A stretch of 62,629 nt of DNA, the filler included, from Calcarisporiella thermophila CBS 279.70 (lineage: Eukaryota > Fungi > Calcarisporiellomycota), in assembly GCF_041956535.1 (NCBI RefSeq). It is 11 parts of 10 records of this genome, joined end to end, with 100 filler letters (N's around TTAATTAATTAA, not from the genome) between each part and the next. Parts side by side here need not be neighbours in the genome. Positions count along the whole stretch, not along the records: positions 9,178 to 24,059 come from NW_027192220.1; positions 24,160 to 30,919 come from NW_027192251.1; positions 31,020 to 33,377 come from NW_027192289.1; positions 33,478 to 37,495 come from NW_027192204.1; 7 more parts are not named here. The stretch is one strand, 5' to 3'. The notes beneath the pieces are model-generated. The model saw nothing but the letters and a program-made list of their open reading frames with translations. It ran no database searches and had not been told where the DNA came from. Below, in pieces: positions 23,065 to 35,715 of this stretch (position 1 is its first letter; each line of letters starts with the position of its first letter). The position numbers and the translations under genes were made by a program.

Positions 23065-23149
23065 TTAGAACATGTCGATTCGTTTTGAAAATTCTGCGAT
23101 CAATAAGCAAAACGCAAATACGCCTAAAATCTAGCTCGAATGCTCGTCT

Positions 23150-23430
23150 ACAAAAGAGAAGAATTAGCAATGCATGATTGGCTAGGATAATATAATAAGC
23201 ACTTAGAGTTAGTGCTATTCCAACAAGATAATGGTCTCAAAAATACAGCCAATATCACCAATGCCTGACTAAAAAATAACTAGATACAGATACTGGAGTG
23301 ACCCTCACAGCCACTAGATCTCATTATAATAGAACACATGTGGAGTAAATTAAAGCAAAAGCTTGGTATATATCAAAAGGTGCCAAATAAGATATGCTGC
23401 GGCAACGAATTGAGACGGAATGAGTTTAGA
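23150..23430 (+). mobile_element. Tc1/mariner DDE transposase remnant
   Basis: Degenerate LFQQDN and LE*PSQPLDLIIIEHMWSKLK motifs. Confidence 0.75.
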
Positions 23431-24167
23431 TTTGCTTTTTAAATATTGAATAATCAATGGAAAGTGACCCTATTGAATATCGTGATGAATTGTTGCCTTG
23501 GATTATATGCACCGAGTCATCAGATGTGCACTTAAATTAATACAATATAGTTCACTTGGAAAATTGAAAATATAAAAAAAAAAGTAATTTTAACTAGTTA
23601 AACAGACTATTTGCTTAACGCAGTAAATATCAACACTATAGTGGATGCACCATAGCAGCTTATATGCACGAAAATGCGTATCAGATGGCTCGTGAGAATT
23701 CTGCATATGCAATGGATGGAATTCCATACTCAATATACTGAATTACATCTCCCATTAATGAAGTACATATCTCCGAGATTAGTATATCAAGATAAATCAT
23801 ACATATCCTGTTTGCAAAATCTAGATATTCGTACATGTTATTTCTCTCCTTGTATACCCATTAGACTATACAAAATTCTTGCCGAGCTTTTGCTCACTAC
23901 GGCTGATTATGCATGCCCCCAAAATCTTTGTATTATGTAGAAATGCAGAATGAAGTCGGATGATTTTTCTGAACTACCATATCATTGTGTGGGAGTGAAG
24001 AGATTATATCTATTAATACATAATTTCTGCATATGAGGATCAGAAATATCATTAGAGGTNNNNNNNNNNNNNNNNNNNNNNNNNNNNNNNNNNNNNNNNN
24101 NNNTTAATTAATTAANNNNNNNNNNNNNNNNNNNNNNNNNNNNNNNNNNNNNNNNNNNNCTGTTACA

Positions 24168-24389
24168 GATAGTCCTTATTTCAGTCCCCTATCACTTGGA
24201 CTAATGCGAGTGTTGACGGGGTGTTGACGGGGGTGTTGACGGGGTGTTGACGGGGGTGTTGACGGGGATTCCAATATATCCATATTTGTTTTTTTTTCTT
24301 GATGGCAACTGGCTAAAAAGATTTTTCTGCAGCTTTCAGACGTATAAGACATGCGCGATATCTTTTTTTCAATAGAAATCAACTAAACA
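24168..24389. repeat. Left arm of a long inverted repeat (partner 29981-30149), containing a GTGTTGACGGG(G) tandem array
   Basis: GATAGTCCTTATTTCAGTCCCCTATCACTTGGACTAATGC...GCAGCTTTCAGACGTATAAGA...TTTCAATAGAAATCAACTAAACA matches the reverse complement of 29981-30149. Confidence 0.88.
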
Positions 24390-24465
24390 TCCCCCACAAC
24401 ATATACATCGTCCTCAATAAACTGCCATAAAGCCTAACCTAAACTCGGAGGAGGAAGAAACAGGC

Positions 24466-25030
24466 GTGGAGAAGATTAACGGCTCCTCCCAGCCCTCTAG
24501 TAAGAGAAAGGCAATTGCAGTGGAATCCTCGCCCGAATCAACCGGCTCTTCCACCTGGAAGCAAGTGGAGGGTAAAAGAACGAAATTGATAGAAAAACTT
24601 GCGGAAGAAATTTCATCCCTTAACCGTCAGAACGCTGCGCTCCGGGGTCAACTTCAAATCTTGGCAAAACGAATGGAACACATGGCCAGGGAGTTACAAG
24701 AGCTCCGGGCCAACCCACCACCCCCTCATCCTCCAGCTGCTTCTACCCCACCACCGGCTGCCCCCATCGGCAACTTAGCCTCTACGGCTAATGAACCCCG
24801 GGATAAAGAAGTCGAGCAAATCTCGGAAACAGTCAAATCGAGTATAATCTCATTTTGTGATGAGGGTCTATCTTGCAGAGAAATCTCGCATCAGCTTGGG
24901 ATAAGATACCATTATCATACCGTCAATAAATATCGTAGAATACGCGCTCCAACCTTCTAAACCAGCTTCTGGTAGTCCACGTGTTCTTGCTGAGAGACAA
25001 GAGAAAGTCTTCGTACGAAACTTCAAGGCT
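24466..25030 (+). mobile_element. Chimeric TE debris: coiled-coil/Pro-rich (gag/ORF1-like) segment joined to a Tc1 N-terminal HTH fragment
   Basis: Coiled coil plus polyproline, then SIISFCDEGLSCREISHQLGI...TVNKYRR and a frameshifted GSPRVLAERQEK, as in Tc1 paired-like HTH domains. Confidence 0.5.
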
Positions 25031-25313
25031 GGAATAATATGAGGATATGCAGTCGCGTCTAAAATGGCAGTCACAACATGGTCAAAATTTGACTTGGGTT
25101 AGAGCTAAAAGAGTATTTAATACTCTTTTACCTCAATTATTTCTACTTCTCCCTACAAGAGAGGGGTGGGAAAGTTATCGTAAAAAGAGCTTTAGAGTTT
25201 ACACTACGCTATTTTTTCTTATTATTGCCTAGTACTTTGTGTATCCTCCCTTAGCTAAACACACAGCTCGTATTCTCGCCGGCATGCTTGTATAGAGTTT
25301 ATCGATGAACTCC

Positions 25314-25570
25314 TTATCGATACCTTTCCCACTCCGTCTCAATTTGTTCCCATAGTTCATCTTTGTTCTTTGGCAACTTTTGATACTTACCAAAATTTCG
25401 CTTTAATTCACCCCACATATATTCAATTATATTGAGGTCTGGTGACTGTGAGGGCCAGTCTAGTACCTGTATCTTGTTGTCTTTCAGCCAGGCTTTGGTG
25501 ATATTGGCTGTGTGTTTGGGGTCATTATCATGCTGGAATATTACTTTCGACTTATTGAGCTTATAATGAC
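25314..25570 (-). mobile_element. Tc1/mariner transposase C-terminal remnant
   Basis: IFQHDNDPKHTA...WPSQSPDLNIIEYMW motif. Flanked by an imperfect inverted repeat (~25158-25205 / ~25753-25806). Confidence 0.88.
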
Positions 25571-25859
25571 CCCAATATATGCCAAAATGGAATGAAAAAT
25601 AATAGAAAATAGTAAAAGAATTCAAATTTAAAAGAAATTGTAGACCATCTGAAAAGGATAAACAAAATGCAGAAATGCACTCTAAAAAACTCAACTTCCC
25701 CAGAACACCAGTTTTTATTTATTGAACATGGCATGCATATATCCCTGAAAAGAGTGTAGACTCTTATAGTTTTTTATATGAATTTTCCCACCCTTCTTGT
25801 ATGAGGAGTTGCCGTAATAATTGTGATATAAAGGGATTTTGACTATGTTATAACTACTA

Positions 25860-26670
25860 ATTTGGACGTACCTGCATGAGGATATACCAGATTCAAAGAA
25901 ACATCTTAGGGAAGATTACAATGTCGATTTATCATTGACATCTGTAAGGAACGCACTGAAGCGAAACCGAATGTGCTCGAGATTGTGGAGAAAAAAGCCG
26001 TTGTTAAAAGCTAGCCATAGGAAATTCGACTAGCTACTGTACATAGCAATTGAAACTGGAATTTAGATGATTGTAAGTATATCATATGGTGAGATGAGAG
26101 AATATTTTAGAATCTTCAGCAGAGGTAAAAGAAGATATTGAAAAGCTCCAGGCTATCCTAGGCGCAATCACCATTTCAATGATGCAGTCAAGCACAGCAA
26201 TGGGTTGGTTACCGTGAGGACAGGCATCACTTCCAAATAAATTGGCTTTATGTGCCGAATCGAGAAGAGACTAGACGAATAGCTATAGAAGAATATTTTA
26301 GGAGAATAATCAACGAGAACGCTCAATAGGTATAACCTAGACAAGGATCAAATAATTTTCCAGTATGATAATGATTCTAAGCATACCGCATTTAGTAAAG
26401 TGGAATGGCTGTCAAACCACAATATTACCGTACTAGAATAGCCAGCTCAGTCTCCTGATTTAAATCTTATTGTGTTCATGTGGGATGAATTAGACAGAAT
26501 AATCGAAGATCGTGAGCAGCAGCAGCTAATTCCCAGTCACTTTGGGATATACTGCAGGAAGAGCGGGAGCAGATAGAACCAAGATTGTGTGCTAAAATTA
26601 TAGGGACTAAGCCAATGCGTATAGAGGCAGTGATAAAAGCAAAGGATGGTCATAAAAGACATTGAAATAT
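25860..26670 (+). mobile_element. Degenerate Tc1/mariner transposase with multiple stops
   Basis: RKKPLLK, IFQYDNDSKHTA, LE*PAQSPDLNLIVFMW and IEAVIKAKDGHKRH* motifs. Confidence 0.85.
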
Positions 26671-27106
26671 ATTTATAAATAAAAAAATATGGATTTTATA
26701 GGGTTGTCAGAGTTTGAAAAATGGACTATAATGGATAACTATCAAGAAAGAGGTTTATTTACAAGGGCATATCGATGGGATGATCAAGCACGGGTATTTA
26801 TAATTGCGGTACTTAACGCAACTTGTAGTACCTCCATCTGGAGGTATAAGATGAAATAATGAGAAATTAAAAAACATGAATTCAAAAAGTTAGCCGAGTG
26901 TATATTGAGAATGTTTTGACCAATCAACTTTCATAATTCTTATATCATATTTTCTGATTCTATTTGATACTTTGTGGAAACTCCCATTTTACTCTAACCT
27001 AGTGAGACTTTCCTTCTGTGAAAAGAAACGTCACGATTTGCGTCGCCTATATATATGACGAATACCTAGAAGATATTCAAACCTTCCTCAAAATTTTGAT
27101 TCAATA

Positions 27107-29738
27107 ATGAACGAATATTCCAATTCGATGAAGATGGATGTAGATGAGCCTACGGAAGACGACAATACAAAGCACGACAATACAATGCAGGATTTTTTAG
27201 ATAAGGAGATACTACAAAATCGTCTGGCAAAGATTGAAAAAGAGATCGACGATGTAAAGGGTACATTATATTGTATATATCTTTATCCTATGCAATTCAA
27301 ATTTCATAAATCTTGCTTTATCCTCGATAGCAAAAATTAATTTTATTTTAAATCACAAAAATCCCCGTAGGAGAGCCGAGTTGATTGAAGAGGATTTACC
27401 GGATCTAAAGAAAGAGCTGGAAGATAAAGAAGCAGAAAAAATGAAAATTAAAGGTAAGTACATCATGATTTATCACTATACAATTGTTTAATTTTTGTTA
27501 TTATGAATTTAAACTACCTAGAAAAGATCTATGAGAGTGATCAGCAGAACAGTATTGAACCAGATGTTGCTGAAAAAGCTTTCAATACTAGTTACAAAGA
27601 TCCGCATTATGCAGTTCAACATTTTATATCTTACTTGCAATGGTGCCATAAAGAATGGTGGGATGCCGGTGGTAAGGTCGCACCATTTGTTCCTATAGTT
27701 CAGAGTTCGGGCTACGGCAAAACTCGAATGATCGCTCATATTGCTGAGAGAGTCTACGTTCTATATATTTGTAAACGTCCTCGATATTCAACTGGATTTC
27801 CCTCAGCATCTCCCCTAGTTGACTGGGTTTTAGAAGAGCTAGTGCCCACTTCCCGTGATCTGGAAAATTTTGCAGTAATTATGCTTGCTGCTGTGGAGGT
27901 AATTGAGGAACTTGCAATGGAACCTGGAAAATTTTGGAAGATGCAAATCGAAAATCGGTCAGAATGTGAGAAGTTTTGGTATCAGATTAAGGAAAGATAT
28001 ATGAGGTAAGATATATTTATTCTAAAAGTTTATCACCAGCTGCTATATCTGCGCAATTCGAATTTTGAAACAAAATTACAGTTACCTTAGCACCACTTCT
28101 TCACGTGTTGCTGCAAAATTGGCAATCGCGGATAACTCGTTCATCTCAAAGCATAAATTTGGAGAAGGTGTTGGTGGAATCCAATTGCTATGCTGCCTTG
28201 ATGAAGCGCATGAATTGATTGATGATTCAAAGGGAGATTCTCGTTCTTTAAAATTCAGAATATGGCGCCGTGGCATCCGAAGTATTGAATGGAAGGGCTT
28301 ATTTTCAGTATGTCTTAGCACAAGCGGAAAGATCAACAACTTTCATCCAAGATTTGAATTGGACCCATCAGCGCGCAGCGTGCCATTTACGCTTTTCCAG
28401 CCCTTCTTCGACGTGGCCACTATTGATGCACTTGTCTCTGATATGCCAGAATATCCTACTCCAGAACAACTTGCTTATTACGGACGCCCTCTTTTTGGAG
28501 CCCTAATATCAAAAGGATCGGGGATAATGCGTGCAGTTCAGCTAGCAAAAATGAAACTCGAAGGTACTACTGGCGATGGAAAGTTTGCATCTCTAGCCCT
28601 ACTAGCATGTTTGGCGGCAGTGAAGTTTTCACCACTGGCAACATTTGCACAAACATTAGTTGCAGACCATATGGCCACAGTTCTTGGAGTATCGGCGGAT
28701 CGCTCTGAAGTTTATCTTACATACCCATCAGAACCCTTCCTTGCAGCAGGAGCACTCTATGCGCTTAACAAAAATGAAAAATGGGTAAACGCTATTAATA
28801 CTTTGACAGATGCAGTCCACCGTGGAGTTGCTCATGGAGGAGAGTGTGGTGAAATTGTAGTTCGTCTGGCGCTACTGCGAGCAATGCACCTCTGCAGTGC
28901 GACCATTTTTGGAAATCCAATAACAGTTAGACGATTTTTTACACGATTACTGTGGGGCGGAGAGAACTTTGTTGCCAAAAGACAGAAAATGGATAGGAGG
29001 TAAATAAGGGATACTCTCCTTTACTTGATCTTCATGTAACTATTATTTTTTATTAGTAATCCACCAAAGGTCAATCAAAAAGAATGTATTTTTATTGAGG
29101 ACCCCCAGAAGCTGAATGAAATATTTGGCTCATTTGGTGATGGAGAGATAGCCTTTAATCATTTTCTCACCCTCAACGAGAGGTTATCAGCTTGCCAGAT
29201 TGATCCAGAGCTTTTTAAAGCGTGTTGGAAGCGTCGTGCGGCCATTACACTTCCAAGAAATACAAAGTCGGTAGACCTTGTTTTGCCGGTTCGTTTAGCC
29301 AATGGAGTATACTCTTGTATCGCAATTCAAGTGAAAAATTTATCGGAAGATCGACCCAGCGATATGTCGAAAAACGCAGCAAAAATGGAGGAATATATTT
29401 CTAGCCAATGGTCACTTGACAATATAGAGCACCTTAACCTTTATATCACCCTTCGACATAAACATGAAGGAGTGTTTGGACATGCGTCTTCGGCAGATGC
29501 CTCTTCTCCTAAGAATGATAGATATCTTTTTGTTAACAATTTTCGAACGTTTGCGTTCCAAGAGTCTCTATTGACTGCTTTGGATCATCTCTGCACCTCT
29601 GAAATTGGAGCTCTCCCCGACGAGGTACTCAATATTAACTACTATAATAGCTCAGGCAAAGCAATGAGTAAAACTTCATTCAATCGCAGATCTATGGTGG
29701 AGACTTTTTTGAGAGTTAATGTTGCTTCTAAAGACTAG
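27107..29738 (+). CDS. P-loop NTPase + C-terminal restriction-endonuclease-like protein (Crinkler/CR-effector-type architecture); 5 exons, ~786 aa
   Basis: Exons 27107-27260, 27331-27453, 27522-28005, 28082-28999 and 29057-29738 have GT-AG boundaries and sum to 2361 nt in frame. Walker A QSSGYGKTR, Walker B LCCLDEAH, YPSEPFLA, GECGEIVVRL, AFNHF, VDLVLPV...IAIQVKN (PD-(D/E)xK-like with QxK). Coiled-coil N-terminus. Confidence 0.8.
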
Positions 29739-29980
29739 TTATTTCATATTTTGTATTATTTCCTCTAATTTTTATATCATACTCGGCACATGTGAAAATG
29801 GATTGGATTCTAAAACCACCCACACAAGCTTTTTGGTTGCCGCATTGGTTCTAATGAATTGTAGAATATTTTCTTGGAACACGGTTGAGTTAAAAAACGA
29901 TTGCAATGTTTGAACGAAGAAATATGCAATCGAATTCTAACTGAAACTAGAATACTACTGTATCTTGAGAAAATTTTGCG

Positions 29981-30149
29981 TGTTTAGTTGATTTCTATTG
30001 AAAGAGACATTGCGCATATCTTATACGTCTGAAAGCTGCGGATAAATGTGTTTAGTCAATTGCCATCAAGAAGAAAAATATGGATATATTTGATTCCCCA
30101 TCAACACTTGCATTAGTCCAAGTGATAGGGGACTGAAATAAGGGCTATC
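29981..30149. repeat. Right arm of the long inverted repeat (partner 24168-24389)
   Basis: Reverse-complement match to the left arm; carries only one copy of the tandem unit. Confidence 0.88.
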
Positions 30150-30180
30150 CCTCTTGGATATTCCTATACATTCATACTCG

Positions 30181-30316
30181 CTGTTTAACAGTTTGATTAC
30201 GGTACCGTTCTCTAATCATCCACTTGAATCGATTAAATCGATTTTCGTATACAGGTAAAATGGAATTTTCATTTTATCTGTATACGAAAGTATCGATGTT
30301 ACAGTATGTTAAACAG
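30181..30316. repeat. Fold-back (hairpin) element
   Basis: TTTCGTATACAGGTAAAATG / CATTTTATCTGTATACGAAA (19/20) flanked by ATCGAT on both sides, with outer arms CTGTTTAACA / TGTTAAACAG. Confidence 0.7.
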
Positions 30317-31942
30317 GTTAACTTGGTTAAGAATAAAAGAACACAGATCCATTCCAAGTCAATAGTAAGTAAATAGTTACCCTATCTGATCTAAGAATAT
30401 GGCAACGGATCCAAGAAATAATAAAAAATGATATCTTTTTTCTGTCTAAAACCATCTTATCTTTGAATTTGTTTAGGTTTACAGAGTATAAATGTCCGAA
30501 AAGTTTTTATTCAAAAAAATTGATCATGTAGCTTGGAAATTTTTTCTCAAATTCTTTGCAGGAGGGTGGCTTATTACTATTCTTGATTTTTGTGACGGGG
30601 GTTTTTAGTTGGAGAGAAAGATTTAACTCCTTATAATTTATTACAATCTCAAATGTACGTATATATGGGAGTTTCCACAAAAAATCAGACAGAATCAGAA
30701 ATATAGAAATAAGAATTATGAGATTTGATTGGACCAATCTATTTAGATATAAATCTCCAGAATTATAGCAAAATCTTTGAGGGCTAATAACTCTGCGAAT
30801 ATACATCCTAGAGCTCTCATTTTTAGTGCAATCGATACACAATCACTTGTAGTAGCTTTCTAAAAACCACCATCAAAATTCTCCCTTCCTCTAGTAGGTT
30901 TTTCTTTATTTACTAACCCNNNNNNNNNNNNNNNNNNNNNNNNNNNNNNNNNNNNNNNNNNNNTTAATTAATTAANNNNNNNNNNNNNNNNNNNNNNNNN
31001 NNNNNNNNNNNNNNNNNNNGTTGTTATTGAAAAAAAATTAATTGTAATAATCGGAAGTGAAACCGATTATTCATTTTGGCAATAAAAACCAGTGCCACGT
31101 TAAACATTGGCATTAAATAATGTAGTGTGGCGATGCATGGCAAACTCTAGGTCTTCATCGAATGTTTGGTTTATCCATTTTGCCTTAATAATCCTGGGAA
31201 AAATTTATTTGTGCTTAGTAAATAATAGAATTAGATATTTCATCCAAGTAATATACTATACGTACGAATAGGAAAGAGGTTTAAACCAAAATTGGATTTG
31301 AGCGGAGCAATAGTAACTTTAATACCCAAGCGATTCACTCTTGCATCACAATAATACTGCATGTTTTAGATACGTAGTGCATTTCATGAGTAAAGTTCAT
31401 ATATTCAAGGGTTTGTAGAAAAGCTCGCTGCCACTATTTCCTTATAATTTAATTATAATTTACCGACATTTTGAGAATTTTTTTGAGTGAAGAGCATAGA
31501 AAGTGTTGGGAAAAAGTAGGCAAATTATAGTTAAACAATAAGGAAATTATTGGGAAACTGCAATATTTCCCATAATTTCTACATTTTTCTCCTATGCTTT
31601 CCAAGGTACACTTCTTATAGAGCATACCCAGGTCATATTAGAATTTTATTTTGTATATCTGAATTAACGTAATTAACCTTAACATCAATATACAGTACTG
31701 TATTTTGCAAGTCGCAATATCCTATCTGCACACTTGTGTAAAAAAACTGCCAATTAGAATGGAAGCTGAGACAATTGCGATATACTCAGAGTTTCGAGAG
31801 TATATCCATCTATTGGTAGTTTAGTGGTCTTTTGCTGTGAAAATTATTATAAAAGGAGGTATTGTCACTTTCTCTCTTCCTTCATCCATAGATTTCTCTT
31901 TATTTGTGTACTCCGTTCATCTAACGCACTTTTACCGAAGTC

Positions 31943-32260
31943 ATGTATCTCAGATTATTCGCCCTCCTGTTCGCCGTAACGTATGTCTTGGCATGCAGTC
32001 GCGACGAGGTCCAGATCCGCGTACTCACTCGAGGTGGCGGCATACAGAGCAAGTGCCAGAAGGCTAATTCCTCATGGTATGTGTGGCGAGATGACCATCC
32101 TCAACTGAAGTTGTATATCGAGGCACACTCAGGAAAGGCGTGCTACCATTGTGATTTGCACTCTGCCGACAAGCGTAACTTGGGGCGGTTCAGCTGTACC
32201 GGTTGGCATGATCTGACCCATGTAGAACGATTCCGGTACATTAACTGCTGGGAAGCATAG
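31943..32260 (+). CDS. Small secreted cysteine-rich protein, 105 aa
   Basis: Signal peptide MYLRLFALLFAVTYVLA, six Cys in the mature part, intronless, TATAAAA at ~31848. Confidence 0.75.
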   Translation: MYLRLFALLFAVTYVLACSRDEVQIRVLTRGGGIQSKCQKANSSWYVWRDDHPQLKLYIEAHSGKACYHCDLHSADKRNLGRFSCTGWHDLTHVERFRYINCWEA

Positions 32261-34369
32261 GCCCAAAGATTATCTTAAAACAGAGAGAAAAACATGTGGC
32301 TCTTTCATTTTAAAAAATTGAAAGCATCATTATAGATTTATCGATGAAATACATACGAATAAAAGTAATATATAAACCGCCTTCGGAAGATGATCGAATG
32401 TTTGTGTATTTTAAATTTGATTTTCCATTTCTCCCCCAAAAGAATTGTAAAAAGAGTACTACCAAGTGTTGATGACTTTGTAACAGTTTTGAGGCTGTTA
32501 GATACTCGAATTTCTTAATAATAGAATCCAAGAAAGAGGCGAGGAACAATAAACAAAAAGGAGTGAACTTAGATAGAATCTCGGGAGTATCGGAGTTGTA
32601 ACAGTTCAGGTACTGTTAGAACATAATAGTTTCCTAAAGGTCCAAAAAAGAGCTGACCTATTCCGTCCAAAAAGCCTCTCCCCCTTCAAAACAGCGAGAT
32701 TTGGGTATTAAGTAGGGACCAAGTTAAAACTTAATTAAAGAAACAAGTAAGAGTGTAAATTAATGAAAATATCAAGCGGGAATCAGGTTGAAAAATAGGG
32801 TCTTCAAATCAAAAATAAACGGGATTAGCCTTCACAGGCTCGGCCAATGCCCTTTAGGCATCGTGCCCAAGGTTCTCTCCCTGGATGGTAGGTTGGGAAA
32901 CGCAAGTGGGCAAGTGCAAATCGTAAATCCAAAAAACTTAAGATTATGGAAGAAAAATCAATAAGCACACGGCAGGAAATATCCCATTCAGCCCCCGTTG
33001 AAGATGTCATTATAGATATGAGGGAGAGCGAGGAGAGGTAGAGTAAAGGACTTTTGCAAATTACACTGCAGTATTAGAGTACATGTACATGACAGTGTGG
33101 GTGATTTATTAACCTGTTGCTCATTATGCCTAAAAATTTCTTGGAAACTATGATGCTGCCACCCTAGAATCGAAATGGAACCGAGTTACTTTGCAGAGGA
33201 TCCTAAGATCGGAGCGAGCAGTTCAAGCTTCGGACCAACGATCGAGGCGGAGATGAGCCCTGACTTTGCAGAAGCTCAAGAAGCAACTCCAAATGGTCAG
33301 AATCAGGACTATATTGACATTGAAGAGGAATATTCTAGTGATCACAGGTACAATGATAGTTATAGTACACTGGCATTNNNNNNNNNNNNNNNNNNNNNNN
33401 NNNNNNNNNNNNNNNNNNNNNTTAATTAATTAANNNNNNNNNNNNNNNNNNNNNNNNNNNNNNNNNNNNNNNNNNNNGGAGAGTGTGAGAGAGAGGTGGA
33501 GGGGGAGAGTGGGCGAGAGAGAGGCAGATATATAGAAATATTGGAGTAAGACAAGTGGGCGTGGAATAAGCGGGGCCGCGAAGCGCTGAGGGAAGAACAA
33601 TTTTCACTATTTCTCCCACACGGTTAATATATGAAAAAAAATAATAAAAAGTCCAGAAAGGCAAGAATCGCTGCAACCAGACTCGCAATCTCAAAATGCG
33701 CGGCAACGCTAATTTGGCGAATATTTCATTAGTATTACAAGCGGCTAAGCTCTACGTTCTGTCCGACTCGGATTGCTTGTGCGGTTTGGTTACCCAACAA
33801 CAAGGTGGTCAAGGATCCGATCAGCTCTCGGTCGGATAAGGAAGGTTGCAATTCGGCTGGGCTTGTTTTCTGGCCCAGGCTTCCTGCTCGCGCAGCCCCC
33901 CCCCCCCTTCCCGCTCCACTTCTCCCCCCCCCCAAACTCCCGCTACAAAAACGGCGGGCAAAAGGGTTTGCAGGGTGGGCATAAGCACGAGTCCGCGGAT
34001 CATTCGCCAGCCAAGGTTGCCAATGCCATCGGAATATGCATCGCCCTTCCAATGCAGAAGGGGCCATTTTCAAGAGACAACAAAGTTTAGCCAGAGGCTG
34101 GCGGTTGGGGTTCCATTTCTCAAGAAAAGCATATCTATATCCTCACCACAAGATGGAAACTCGGTTAATTCCATCCCATATTCACAAACAGGGGAAAAAA
34201 AAATAATAAAACCAACCCCCTCTCTCTCTTTCCCACACAAATTAACAAACAAAAAGGAAAATACGGAAGAGCTGGCCCCAAAACAGGCTCTCCTTACGCG
34301 CTCCCCCGCTCCCCCCCTCGTTTTAAAAAAGAAGAAAAAAAAAGGAAAAAAAAAGAGAAAAAAATTCAT

Positions 34370-35715
34370 TTATAAACTAAGGGCCGGCTCGGTGTTGGTG
34401 TAGACGACGCGGCTCTTCTGGAACCCGTTGAAGCGCGAGGCGGCACAGATCGTGTAGGCCCCCATGTTCTCATAGCACACCCAGTCCCCCACCTCGAGCC
34501 GCGGCAGCCTCCCGCGGGGGGTGACGCAATCAATGGAGTCGCACGTGGGGCCCCACACGCTGCAGGCGAACTCCTCGGACGCGTCGGGGTCGTCGGCGGG
34601 GGGGGCCTGCCGGTACCAGAACCGGTCGTTGCGCTTGAGCACCAGGGGGTGCACCTCTTGGTGGTCGAACATCGTGCAGTTGAAGCTGCCGTACACGCCA
34701 TCGTTGATGTAGTACATGTACTCGGGGCCGGGCTGGGTGCGGCGGGCTATGACCTGGGTGGCGAGCGTGAAGGCCGCGGCGGCGTAGTATCGGCCGGGCT
34801 CGCCGATGATCTTGACGGCCTCGTCGGGAAAGTGGCGTGCTACGGCGTCCGAGAGCACCGCGGCCACGCGCTCGAAGCCCTCGCCGTCGCCGGGGAAGCC
34901 GCCCCCCACATCCAGCAACGTCAGGCGGAACCCGAGCCGCTCCGCCTCGTCAAACACGATGCGCGCCCGCTCGATGGCGTCCACAAACGCGCCCTCGTCG
35001 AAACACCCGCTCCCCACGTGGAAACTGACGCCCACCACGTTCAGCCCCAGCTCCTTGGCGACCTGCAAGAGCTCCGGGCACACGTCCAACGGAGCGCCGA
35101 ACTTCAGCCCCAGCTTGCACAGCGAGTTGGAGTCGTCCGTCAAGATGCGCAGCACAAGTTCTGCGTCGGGGTGCAGGCGCCGGATCTTGTGCAGCTCCTC
35201 CACGTTGTCAAAAGTCAACTTGCGGACGCCCACCTCGGCGGCATAGCGGAGATACGAGGCCTGCTTGCAGGGGTTGGCGTAGATGATGCGGTCGGGAGCG
35301 ACCCCCAGCTCGAGGACCTGCTGGATCTCGGACTTGCTGGCGCAGTCGAAGCCGTTGCCGAAGTCGGCCATAAGTTTGAGTACGTATGGGTCGGGGTTGC
35401 ACTTGACCGCTAACACATCAAAATACACACACGTTAGCCGGGGGAGACCCAAGACAGCAGGGGGAGGGACACTGTACCATAGAACGGCTCGATACGAGGC
35501 AAACACTTCTTCCAGCGCCTATCCTGCCGATAGACGGCGCCAAGATCCGCGACGAAGAAGGCCTCGTCTCTCTGCTCGACGCACAATCGCAGGACTTCCG
35601 CGGTGGGCAGCGTGTAGATCTCAGCGGTGCGCGAGACCGCGTTTTTGGCCATGAGCTTCTTCGTGGCGATTTCTACCGTCGACATGTCGATGGGCGGCAT
35701 CTCGGCGATGATCAT
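34370..35715 (-). CDS. SPE1: Ornithine decarboxylase; 2 exons (35715-35478, 35409-34370), ~425 aa
   Basis: PFYAVKCN (PLP Lys) reconstituted across the intron; [50 protein letters not shown]. Confidence 0.96.

Noticed and set aside
24210-24267. Possible CRISPR or telomeric array
   Set aside because: No spacers, eukaryotic context, and it is an expansion of one unit within a TE-like arm.
34521-35654. Long plus-strand ORFs overlapping ODC
   Set aside because: Antisense shadows caused by high GC3.
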